Below the pieces are notes generated by a model that saw only the letters and a program-made list of their open reading frames with translations, was not told the DNA's origin and ran no database searches. 64,000 bases of DNA from a virus. Taxonomy: Duplodnaviria > Caudoviricetes. A program made the translations under genes and the position numbers. Positions within the stretch are counted from its first letter, which is position 1. Each line of letters begins with the position of its first letter. The stretch is from IMG/VR virus record IMGVR_UViG_2911420635_000004, positions 21,348 through 85,347 of that record; one strand, given 5' to 3'. Shown in pieces: positions 36,345 through 45,825 of the stretch.

Positions 36345-36373
36345 AGTATAGCTCTTTTTCTGCCGCTTAGCAA
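36345..36373 (-). promoter_or_regulatory. SigA-like promoter of the DUF3990 cassette
   Basis: TTGCTA-17-TATACT; operon terminator at 34863-34892 on the minus strand. Confidence 0.7.
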
Positions 36374-36462
36374 CGACAGAATTGTAAATTTCAGATTATT
36401 TTCCGCCTGTCTGCTTCGTGCAGATGGGCTTTTCTTATGCCCAAAAGGAGGTGGTCATCCAC

Positions 36463-39400
36463 ATGGCATCCAGAATCCAGGGCATCACCGTTGAGATCGG
36501 CGGCGATACCACAAAGCTCTCCAAAGCACTGGAAAGTGTAAACAAGTCAATCAAGGGGACGCAGTCCGGACTGAAGGATGTCAACAAACTCCTGAAGCTG
36601 GACCCCTCCAATACAGAACTGGTTGTCCAGAAGCAGAAGATGCTCAAGGATGCCATCGAAGCCACCAAGGAAAAGCTGGCAACTCTGAAAACTGCTGCAC
36701 AGCAGGCCAATGAGCAGCTTGCCAACGGTGAGATCACCCAGCAGCAGTACGATGCCCTCCAGCGTGAGATCGTGGAGACCGAACAGAATCTGCGGTCTTT
36801 ACAAGACCAGGCGGCGACCACGAATGCGACCCTTGCCAAGATCGATGAAGCCGGAGAAAAGCTCCAGAACATTGGATCTTCTGTGGAGAATGTCGGTAAG
36901 AAGTTCCTGCCGGTGACTGCCGCTGTAACGGGTCTTGGCACTGTCGCAGTGAAGACCGCAGCCGACTTCGATTCCGAGATGAGTAAGGTTTCTGCCATTT
37001 CCGGTGCGACTGGGGATGACTTCGACCAGCTTCGTGCAAAAGCCCGTGAAATGGGTGCTAAGACCAAGTTCTCCGCATCAGAGGCTGCTTCGGCGATGGA
37101 GTACATGGCCATGGCCGGATGGAAGATTTCTGACATGCTGAACGGCATCGAGGGCGTCATGAATCTCGCGGCCGCTTCGGGTGAAGACCTCGCTACGACT
37201 TCAGATATTGTCACGGATGCCCTCACCGCTTTCGGTTTGTCTGCGGCGGATTCCGGGCATTTTGCAGATATCCTTGCAGCCGCTTCATCCAATGCGAATA
37301 CCAACGTCAGCTTGATGGGCGAGACGTTCAAGTACTGTGCACCTATCGCCGGTGCGCTTGGGTTCTCGGCAGAGGATACCGCAGAAGCCATCGGACTTAT
37401 GGCAAACAGTGGTATCAAGGCTTCACAGGCGGGTACTTCCCTTCGTACCATCATGAACAACCTTTCCGGTGAAGTGACCTTTGTCGGTAAAAACATCGGT
37501 GAAGTTACGATTGCCACCAGCAATGCAGATGGCAGCATGAGGAGCCTGAATGATATCCTCGCAGACTGCCGTGTAGCATTCTCTGGCTTGACCGAATCTG
37601 AAAAAGCATCCAATGCAGAGGCACTGGTCGGCAAGAATGCGATGTCTGGTTTCCTTGCCCTGATGAATTCCAGCGAGACGGACATCAACAAACTGCGTGG
37701 TGCCATTGAAAACTGTGACGGCGCATCCGAGAGCATGGCAGAAACCATGCAGGACAACTTAAATGGTCAGCTCACCATCCTGAAATCTCAGCTGGAGGAG
37801 CTGGCTATTTCTTTTGGCGATATCCTGATGCCCACCATCCGCAAGATCGTATCTGCCGTGCAGCAGTTCGTGGACAAGCTCAACAGCATGGATGAGGGTA
37901 CCAGGGAAACGATCATCAAGATCGGACTCCTGGCGGCATCCATCGGTCCGCTGCTCATTGTGCTGGGCAAGACCATATCGACCGTCGGCACAGCGATGCG
38001 GGGGTTCAGTTCTCTTGCAAAGGGTGTCCGGCTTCTCATCACCCATGTGGGCAGTGCCAGTGGTGTGTTCAGCAAGCTGGGTGTGGTTCTGGGTGGTCTG
38101 TCCGGCCCGGTTGTAGCAGTAGTGGCGGTCATCGGTACACTGGTGGCGGCCTTCATGAACCTCTGGAACACCAACGAGGAGTTTCGTACTGCCATTACCG
38201 GCATCTGGAACGACATTGTTTCCAAAGTGAAAGGCTTCTGCGACCAGCTGACACAGCGGATCAACGGACTGGGCTTTGACTTTAAGGATGTCACAGAGGT
38301 ACTGAAGGCAGTATGGGATGGTTTCTGTCAGGTGCTTGCACCGCTGTTTGAGGGAGCGTTCCAGAATATTGCCACCATCCTTGGCGTCGTTCTGGATACC
38401 TTACTGGGTCTTTTCGATGTCTTTTCCAATGTGTTCTCCGGCAACTGGAGTGGCGCATGGGAAGCGGCAAAGGGCATCTTCTCCAGTATCTGGGATGGCG
38501 TGAAGTCTGTATTCTCTACGACTCTTACCGCATTAAAGAGCGCACTGGATGTGTTTCTTGGGCTGTTCGGTACGGACTGGCAGACGGTCTGGGGCAGTAT
38601 CAAGAGCTTCTTTGAGACCGTGTGGAGCGGAATCAGCAGCTTCTTTTCAAACACAGTTTCTGCTATCCAGAGTGTGGCAACGACTGTGTTCACTGCAGTT
38701 TCGAGCTTCTTTACGACTGTCCTTACGAGTATCCAGACGACCTTCAGCACCATCTGGACTGCCATTTCCACAGCCGTTTCTTCTGTGTTGAATACGATCC
38801 ATACCACGGTGACAACTGTGTGGACGGCGATCTCGACTGCGATTTCTACGGTCATGAACACCATCAGCACGACGATCACTTCGGTGTGGAATGGCATCTA
38901 CAACACCATGAAACCTCTGTTGGATGCGTTCAAATATCTGTTTGAAACCATCTGGCAGGCAATTCAGATCCTGATCGGCGCAGCACTGACTGCGATCCAG
39001 ACGAAGATCACTTCCATCTGGAACGCCATCGTCGCCTTTGTGACTCCGATCCTGACTGGATTGCAGACGACTTTCTCTACGGTTTGGTCCGCGATCCAGA
39101 TAGCCATATCTACGGTGCTGACTGCAATCCAGACCGCGGTGACAACTGTATGGAACGCTATTGTATCGTTCCTGTCTCCGCTGCTGACTGGCATTCAGAC
39201 CCGGATGAGTACGGCATGGAATGCAATCAAGACGGTCATTTCGACTGTCCTTTCAGCAATCCAGTCCACGGTTTCTTCCATCTGGAGCGCCATCAGCAGC
39301 AAAATCTCCGGTGTGGTAAATGGTATCAAATCGGTGGTTTCTTCCGGCTGGAATGCCATGAAGTCTACGGTTTCGTCCCTCAGTAACAGCATCAAGAGCG

Positions 39401-42372
39401 CGGCGACCACAGCTTTTAACTCGATGAAATCCGGGATTTCCTCTACCATTTCCGGTATTAAGTCCACCATCACGAACGGCTTTAACAGTGCAGTTTCCTT
39501 TATCAAGGGTCTGGCTGGACAGGCATTCTCGTGGGGCTCTGACATGATCGGCAACATTGTGTCCGGTATCCAGTCGAGGATTCAGGATGTGGCAAGCGCC
39601 GTATCGGGAGTGGCGGACCGTATCCGCTCTTTCCTGCACTTCTCTGTGCCGGATGAGGGGCCTCTGGCAGATATGGAAAGCTGGATGCCGGACTTCATGC
39701 AGGGACTGGCAAACGGCATCACGACCAACACCAGCCTTGTAACTGCGGCGGCAGAGAATCTGTCCACCACGCTGTCTACTTCCATCACCAACTCCATGAG
39801 GGGAGTGGAGCAGGCATACAGTAAGAGCTGGGCGGCCATCAGCCAGACGGTGAAGACCGGAACGGCAGGTGTGAGTGCCGCGATGAGATCCGCATGGAGT
39901 TCCATTACAACCAGTACCACGAGCACATGGAACAGCATCAAGACCACCATCCAGACCAGCTTTGCGGCGGTGAAGACCAATGTGACCTCTGCGACAGCAG
40001 CAGTGAAAACGTCCATGACCAGTGCATGGAATGCAGTGAAGTCGCTGACAACGACCAGCTGGAACGGCATTAAAACGGTCATTACCACAGCGTGGAACGG
40101 GATCAAGTCCCTTACTACTTCTGCGACTGCTTCTGTAAAATCCTCCATGACAAGCGCATGGAATGCGGTGAAAACTCTGACGAACACCAGCTGGAATGGT
40201 ATCAAGACGGTGATTACGACAGCGTGGAACAGTATCAAGTCTCTTACAACTTCCTCTGTATCCACAGTTCGCAGTACGGTCACAAGCAGCTGGAACACAC
40301 TGAAATCCACCACGACCTCTGCTTTCAATAGCATCAAGTCCACGGTGTCTTCGGCAATGTCCAGTCTACGCAGCACGGTTTCCTCCGGTGTTGCAAATAT
40401 CAGGAGCAGCTTTAACTCGCTCGGTTCGATTGCTTCTTCGGCATACCGCTGGGGTGCAGATATCTGTTCCCAGATGGCGGCAGGTGTCCGGGCAGCGGCC
40501 GGTTCCGTGATCGCGGCGGCAGAAAATGTCGCAAGCAGGGTCAGAAGTCTGCTGCATTTCTCTGTGCCGGACGAAGGACCTCTGTCCGATGCAGACACCT
40601 ATATGCCTGACTTCATGAAGCTGCTGGCGACCGGCATTAAGAAAAATGTCAAGTCGGTAGTGAAGGCTGTGCAGGGGCTTGCCGGGTCTATGAGCAGTAA
40701 CCTCACGACTCCGGTGGATTCTCTGGGCGACTGGATGGATTCTGTGGTCGGCAGTTTTGCCACTACGATCAAGAGAAGCCAGAGCGGTGTCGGCAGTGCT
40801 GCAAGGGATGTGGGCAGCGGTATCCAGTCCCAGCTGATGGCCGGGCTTTCCGGGCTGAAAACACAGTTCCAGCAGCTCTGGACTGACCTGCAGGGTATCA
40901 CCAAAACAGCAGTCGGCAGTATGAGCGATGAAGTGAAGCAGGGCTTTACGGACATAAAGGATTCCATTGGAGAGCTGAGTTCTCAGACCGGTTCCCTTGG
41001 AAATGCGATCCGCAGCCTTGGCGATACCTTCAACTCGGATTTCCTAAAGAGCCTGGGCAATGGCATCAGCAAAGTCGGTGATACGGTCAATACGGTCACC
41101 GGTCTTGTGGACAAGCTCGGCTCTATGAAGAACACCATCGGAAACCTCGGAAGTACGTTGCAGAACCTCGGCAATGTTCTTGGCTCCGAAAACGGAGGCG
41201 GTCTGCTGTCCAACATCGGCAGTTTCCTGTCGAAGATCGGCAGCGCAGATGGCGGTCAGATCGTGTCGAACTTTGGCAACCTGATCTCCGGGCTGACCTC
41301 CAAAATGGGCGGTCTGGGAGAGGGAATCTCCGGTATCATCTCGAAGCTGGGAAGCCTTGGCTCCAGCGGTGGGGGAATCCTGTCGAATCTGGGCGGGCTG
41401 CTTTCCGGTGTAGTGACGAAGATCGGCGGCTTAGGCGGCAGTCTTTCTGGGCTTCTGTCTGGTGTGGGTTCCACATTGGGCGGAATTGCTGGTTCTGCCG
41501 GCTCCGCAATCGCAGGACTGTTCGGCTCGGTTGGCACGGCCGTATCTGGTCTGGCGGCAGGTGCGGGTACGGCTCTTGCAGGCGTAGCAAGCTCCGCAGG
41601 TGGTTTCCTCGCATCCGCAGGCACAGCACTTGCTGGTCTGGCGGGTCCTGCAGGTATCGCAGTGGCGGCCGTTGGCGGCATCGGTCTTGGACTGACCGCT
41701 CTCTGGAAAAACTGCGATGGCTTCCGGGAAGGAGTCACGAATATCTGGAACAAGGTCACTTCGGTATTCTCGAATGGAGTAAATGCCATCAAGAACGGTA
41801 TCTCCAATGCGGCTTCTGCCATCGGCAACGTGGCATCGTCCATCTGGGGCGGTATCAAGAACGTGGCTTCCTCGGCAGTCAGCTGGGGCAAGGATATCGT
41901 TGGCGGTATTGCAGGAGGCATCAAGAAGGGTGTGAGCTGGGTCGGCAGTGCGGTCAAGAGTGTGGCAAGCGGTATCCGTTCGTTCCTGCACTTCTCTGTG
42001 CCGGATGAAGGACCTCTGGCAGATGCGGACACCTATATGCCAGACTTTATGAAGCTGCTTTCCGGCGGCATCAAGAAAGGCGAGGGCGGACTAATCAGCC
42101 AGATCAAGTCGATGGCAGCAAAGGTGCAGCAGGGTATGGAGGGCATCAGTTCCTTCAGTCTGCCGGAACTGACCCTGCCGCACTTCGATGGCTCTGGCTG
42201 GAACTTCCCGCAGGCGGCTCTGGCCGGAGGCGGTACCACCCGGACGACCAACCTTGGTGGCGTATATATCACGGTCAACGGCTACAATGCCCGGAACGAT
42301 GATGAACTCGCACAGACCGTTGCCGATAAGATCAACGGCATGATCCACGAGGATGATTCGGTCTTCAAGTAA
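36463..42372 (+). CDS. Tail tape measure protein
   Basis: About 1970 aa; TP901-type core (TKFSASEAA..MAMAGW), W-spaced 11-aa repeats, three HFSVPDEGPL motifs. Confidence 0.95.
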   Translation: MASRIQGITVEIGGDTTKLSKALESVNKSIKGTQSGLKDVNKLLKLDPSNTELVVQKQKMLKDAIEATKEKLATLKTAAQQANEQLANGEITQQQYDALQREIVETEQNLRSLQDQAATTNATLAKIDEAGEKLQNIGSSVENVGKKFLPVTAAVTGLGTVAVKTAADFDSEMSKVSAISGATGDDFDQLRAKAREMGAKTKFSASEAASAMEYMAMAGWKISDMLNGIEGVMNLAAASGEDLATTSDIVTDALTAFGLSAADSGHFADILAAASSNANTNVSLMGETFKYCAPIAGALGFSAEDTAEAIGLMANSGIKASQAGTSLRTIMNNLSGEVTFVGKNIGEVTIATSNADGSMRSLNDILADCRVAFSGLTESEKASNAEALVGKNAMSGFLALMNSSETDINKLRGAIENCDGASESMAETMQDNLNGQLTILKSQLEELAISFGDILMPTIRKIVSAVQQFVDKLNSMDEGTRETIIKIGLLAASIGPLLIVLGKTISTVGTAMRGFSSLAKGVRLLITHVGSASGVFSKLGVVLGGLSGPVVAVVAVIGTLVAAFMNLWNTNEEFRTAITGIWNDIVSKVKGFCDQLTQRINGLGFDFKDVTEVLKAVWDGFCQVLAPLFEGAFQNIATILGVVLDTLLGLFDVFSNVFSGNWSGAWEAAKGIFSSIWDGVKSVFSTTLTALKSALDVFLGLFGTDWQTVWGSIKSFFETVWSGISSFFSNTVSAIQSVATTVFTAVSSFFTTVLTSIQTTFSTIWTAISTAVSSVLNTIHTTVTTVWTAISTAISTVMNTISTTITSVWNGIYNTMKPLLDAFKYLFETIWQAIQILIGAALTAIQTKITSIWNAIVAFVTPILTGLQTTFSTVWSAIQIAISTVLTAIQTAVTTVWNAIVSFLSPLLTGIQTRMSTAWNAIKTVISTVLSAIQSTVSSIWSAISSKISGVVNGIKSVVSSGWNAMKSTVSSLSNSIKSAATTAFNSMKSGISSTISGIKSTITNGFNSAVSFIKGLAGQAFSWGSDMIGNIVSGIQSRIQDVASAVSGVADRIRSFLHFSVPDEGPLADMESWMPDFMQGLANGITTNTSLVTAAAENLSTTLSTSITNSMRGVEQAYSKSWAAISQTVKTGTAGVSAAMRSAWSSITTSTTSTWNSIKTTIQTSFAAVKTNVTSATAAVKTSMTSAWNAVKSLTTTSWNGIKTVITTAWNGIKSLTTSATASVKSSMTSAWNAVKTLTNTSWNGIKTVITTAWNSIKSLTTSSVSTVRSTVTSSWNTLKSTTTSAFNSIKSTVSSAMSSLRSTVSSGVANIRSSFNSLGSIASSAYRWGADICSQMAAGVRAAAGSVIAAAENVASRVRSLLHFSVPDEGPLSDADTYMPDFMKLLATGIKKNVKSVVKAVQGLAGSMSSNLTTPVDSLGDWMDSVVGSFATTIKRSQSGVGSAARDVGSGIQSQLMAGLSGLKTQFQQLWTDLQGITKTAVGSMSDEVKQGFTDIKDSIGELSSQTGSLGNAIRSLGDTFNSDFLKSLGNGISKVGDTVNTVTGLVDKLGSMKNTIGNLGSTLQNLGNVLGSENGGGLLSNIGSFLSKIGSADGGQIVSNFGNLISGLTSKMGGLGEGISGIISKLGSLGSSGGGILSNLGGLLSGVVTKIGGLGGSLSGLLSGVGSTLGGIAGSAGSAIAGLFGSVGTAVSGLAAGAGTALAGVASSAGGFLASAGTALAGLAGPAGIAVAAVGGIGLGLTALWKNCDGFREGVTNIWNKVTSVFSNGVNAIKNGISNAASAIGNVASSIWGGIKNVASSAVSWGKDIVGGIAGGIKKGVSWVGSAVKSVASGIRSFLHFSVPDEGPLADADTYMPDFMKLLSGGIKKGEGGLISQIKSMAAKVQQGMEGISSFSLPELTLPHFDGSGWNFPQAALAGGGTTRTTNLGGVYITVNGYNARNDDELAQTVADKINGMIHEDDSVFK

Positions 42373-42386
42373 AGGAGGAGATGCGT

Positions 42387-43163
42387 ATGGGCTATAACAC
42401 CCCAAAGCAGACAGTATCACAGTTTCAGCTCAAAGGCAGATATGCCAGACAGTATCTGTCCTTTGCCGGGAAGTCCAGCAAGGACTTCCTTTTATATTTG
42501 TCTGGTCCCGGTGTGTATGATTCCCCGGCTGCGGATGTGGAGAGCACCTCCGTACCCGGCAGGAACGGGGACATCATCACCGAGAATGCAAGGACAGGCA
42601 GGCGCAGATATCAGAACGTGGATATCAAGTATAAGGCATTTTTCTTCAACGGTCTGCCTGCCAAGACCGCAGCGGTCAAGGCATGGCTGTTATCTCCGAT
42701 CGGGTATCAGAAATTGCAGGACACCTACGACCCGGATTTCTTCCGGATGGCAGTCTGCAAGGATGCTCTGGAATTTGATGTGACAGCCCAGAAAGCCGCT
42801 GAGATGGAGCTGACATTCAACTGTAAGCCCCAGCGTTGGAGCGTGGATGGGCAGAGGGTGATCCGGTTGGATGGCAGATCAACTTTGAAGAACCCATTTG
42901 CATTTCCGGCGCAGCCTATCTTCAAGGTCTACGGAGATTCTGGCGGTGAGCTGTATGTGGGTGAGGAGAAGATCACCATCCACAGTATTAAGGACTACGT
43001 GTTGCTCAACTGTGAGACGCACAACGCCTACAATGCTTCCGGCTTCTGCAATGAGACCATTCTTTCGGATGACTTCCCGGAATTGCCGGAGGGAAAGACA
43101 CAGATCACATGGACAGGCGGTATCACAGCGGTGGAGGTGACTCCACGCTGGTGGACGCTGTAA
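42387..43163 (+). CDS. Distal tail protein (Dit-like)
   Basis: After TMP; SVPGRNGD..YQKLQDTYDP..FNCKPQ..ITPRWWTL-type end. Confidence 0.82.
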   Translation: MGYNTPKQTVSQFQLKGRYARQYLSFAGKSSKDFLLYLSGPGVYDSPAADVESTSVPGRNGDIITENARTGRRRYQNVDIKYKAFFFNGLPAKTAAVKAWLLSPIGYQKLQDTYDPDFFRMAVCKDALEFDVTAQKAAEMELTFNCKPQRWSVDGQRVIRLDGRSTLKNPFAFPAQPIFKVYGDSGGELYVGEEKITIHSIKDYVLLNCETHNAYNASGFCNETILSDDFPELPEGKTQITWTGGITAVEVTPRWWTL

Positions 43164-43179
43164 GAGGGAGGTGCAGCCA

Positions 43180-45135
43180 GTGATCCCATGTTTATATGAT
43201 TCCAGAGAAATGAAATTTGACCATAACGGCATCGGAAAGCTGGCAGATGCACAGTCTTGTACCGTAACGGAAAAGAGAAACGGAAGCTATGAACTGAAGC
43301 TGGTCTGTCCGGCAGATGGCATCCATGCAGAGATGCTGGAGGAGGGGAATATCATCCTTGCCAAGCCATCCGATACCATGCAGTCTCAGCCGTTCCGCAT
43401 CTACAAGATCACGACCCCTATTGATGGCAAGCTGGAAGTGCAGGCACGGCATATTTCCTACCAGCTCAACTTTATCACGGTATCACCATTTTCAGTGACC
43501 GGATGTGGCGGGGCAATGCAGGGGCTGAAAAGCCATGCGGCTTCCGACTGTCCGTTTAATGTCTGGACGGATGTGGAATCCAGTGCAACCTTTACGCTGG
43601 GAGTTCCATCCTCCTTCCGAAACTGCCTTGGAGGTATGGCCGGGTCAGTTCTGGATGTTTTTGGCGGTGAATTCGAGTGGGACCGGTATACAGTCAAGTT
43701 CCATAAGGCAAGAGGTGCCGACCATAACGTCCACATTATCTACGGTAAGAACCTGACGGATTTCAAGATGGAAAGATCCATCGAGAACACGATCACTGGT
43801 GTGCATCCGTACTGGGTGGATAATGAAACCCAGGCGGTCATGGAACTGCCGGAGAAGGTGGTGCTGCAAAGCAAACGGTCGATCCCCTACCAGAAGGTCA
43901 CCGTGCTGGACTGTACCAGCAATTTTCAGGAAAAGCCGAGTGAGACGGCACTCCGGGAATACGCACAGAACTATATCGACACCACGGACTTAACAGAGCC
44001 GGAGATCGATATCAAGATCGACTTTTTACAGCTCTGGAATACACCGGGGTATGAGGACATCGTGGAAGCAGAGCGTGTTTCCCTTTGCGATACGGTCCAT
44101 GTGTTTATCTCAAAGCTGGGAATTGAAGTCAGTTCCAAAGTCACCGAAACCGAGTATGATGCGCTACTGGAACGCTATAACAGCATCACGCTGTCAAACT
44201 CCACGGTCAGCAGCCGAAATTCTTCTCTGACAGGTTCGCTCAACAGCATCCGGAATACAGCGACGATTGCCTATGATACGGCAGTCCGTGCGGAAACGGC
44301 AGTGGGAGAGCAGGTCGGTGGGATCACAGCATCTATCATTTATGACGGTGCGCTTTTTGCTGCGCTGTTTGGCCTTCATTATAAAAATGAAACTGACAAT
44401 AAGGGAAATACGACCCGGTATGCATTCAATGCGGCGACTTTGAAACAGTCAACGGTCGCATGGAAGAACAGCTCTGCCGGGTTGTTTGTATCCACGGATG
44501 GCGGTAAGACGTGGGGCTATGGCTGGGAGGAGGATGACACTGCAGTCAGGACAGCGATCCTGCTGGAACAGACCCTCAAAGAACTGGATGACCGCTATAA
44601 GAAAGCCACGGAGCTTTCCGAGGAGCTGCTGAAGGAACTGGATGAGCGGTACAAAACAGCGACCGCCATTTCTGCCGAGCTTCAGAAAACGCTCGATCAG
44701 CGGTACGAAACAGCAAAAAAGCTGTCCAAGGATTTATATGAGGAACTGGATAAGCGGTATGGCACTCTTACGGAAATCTCGGAAGATCTGCAAAAGGAGT
44801 TGGACGAGAGATACAGTGTGGCGAAGAAGCTGTCGGAAGAGGTCGAAAAAGAACTGGATGAAAAGTACCAGCCGAGTGTCCCGGTATCGGAAACCGCACC
44901 GGAAGCCCCGGTAGCAGATACGCTCTGGGTCGATAAGAAGAACCTGCAGTTAATGCTCTGGGATGGAGAACAGTGGCAGACCATCGGCTATGAGCCGGAA
45001 CAGCCAACGGAACCGACCACACCGACGGAACCGGAAAAGCCGGAGCCGGAGAACCCGGACACCGAAGGAAAAGATAATGGGAACAAAGAAGAAACAGATG
45101 ATAAGAAGACCGATCAGGAAGGAGGGGGCGCGTAA
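43180..45135 (+). CDS. Tail hub/endopeptidase-like (Tal) protein
   Basis: NGIGKLADA..EKRNGSYEL; IIYGKNLTD; internal 18-aa coiled-coil repeats. Confidence 0.85.
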   Translation: MIPCLYDSREMKFDHNGIGKLADAQSCTVTEKRNGSYELKLVCPADGIHAEMLEEGNIILAKPSDTMQSQPFRIYKITTPIDGKLEVQARHISYQLNFITVSPFSVTGCGGAMQGLKSHAASDCPFNVWTDVESSATFTLGVPSSFRNCLGGMAGSVLDVFGGEFEWDRYTVKFHKARGADHNVHIIYGKNLTDFKMERSIENTITGVHPYWVDNETQAVMELPEKVVLQSKRSIPYQKVTVLDCTSNFQEKPSETALREYAQNYIDTTDLTEPEIDIKIDFLQLWNTPGYEDIVEAERVSLCDTVHVFISKLGIEVSSKVTETEYDALLERYNSITLSNSTVSSRNSSLTGSLNSIRNTATIAYDTAVRAETAVGEQVGGITASIIYDGALFAALFGLHYKNETDNKGNTTRYAFNAATLKQSTVAWKNSSAGLFVSTDGGKTWGYGWEEDDTAVRTAILLEQTLKELDDRYKKATELSEELLKELDERYKTATAISAELQKTLDQRYETAKKLSKDLYEELDKRYGTLTEISEDLQKELDERYSVAKKLSEEVEKELDEKYQPSVPVSETAPEAPVADTLWVDKKNLQLMLWDGEQWQTIGYEPEQPTEPTTPTEPEKPEPENPDTEGKDNGNKEETDDKKTDQEGGGA

Positions 45136-45803
45136 TGGTCACAAGCATTTATCAGGAAGTGGAGCTGTCGCTGACGGAGAACCTGATCCCGGTGACAGTT
45201 CCGGTTAAGCAGTATGACAACAAAGCACGGAAAGTTCGCTGTGTTTTGTATAACAACTCGGTGCAGTATTTCGTGCCACAGGACTGCATCGTTGCCTGTT
45301 CCGGTACCAGACCGGACGGTACGATCTTTCACTACACCAGCGAAACAGCATCCGACCTTGTGTTTGTTGAAAATGGGGCGGTCGTCTTTACGATCACGAC
45401 CTTCATGACCGCACAGGCCGGGCGGTTTCCGCTGGATGTTGTTATGCTCAGCACAGCGGGGGATGTCCTTGGTTCGTTCTCCCTCACATTGAAGGTGGAG
45501 CGGGCGGCCATCAACAACGGCAAGATCGCCACCTATACCTACGCGGGTGTGGTGGAAGCTATCCGTAAAGGTCTGCTGGAAGTGTATATCACGGATGATG
45601 GCTATTTTGCCGTTGTGTCGGAGGATGGACTCGGCTTCAGTGACAAGTCGGAATCCAGCACCATCCAGAAATTCATTGAAAATCTTTTGAACTGTACGGT
45701 TACGGATGACGGCTATCTTGCTTTCACCACTGAAGACGGTCTGAAGCTCATCTTTTCAATGGACGGTGACGGACGGCTGATCGTAGAGTTTGCAAACGGC
45801 TGA
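45135..45803 (+). CDS. BppU-N-like baseplate protein
   Basis: VKQYDNKARKVRCVL..GTRPDG. Confidence 0.7.
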   Translation: MVTSIYQEVELSLTENLIPVTVPVKQYDNKARKVRCVLYNNSVQYFVPQDCIVACSGTRPDGTIFHYTSETASDLVFVENGAVVFTITTFMTAQAGRFPLDVVMLSTAGDVLGSFSLTLKVERAAINNGKIATYTYAGVVEAIRKGLLEVYITDDGYFAVVSEDGLGFSDKSESSTIQKFIENLLNCTVTDDGYLAFTTEDGLKLIFSMDGDGRLIVEFANG

Positions 45804-45825
45804 TAGAGCCGGGAAAGGGGAAAAT

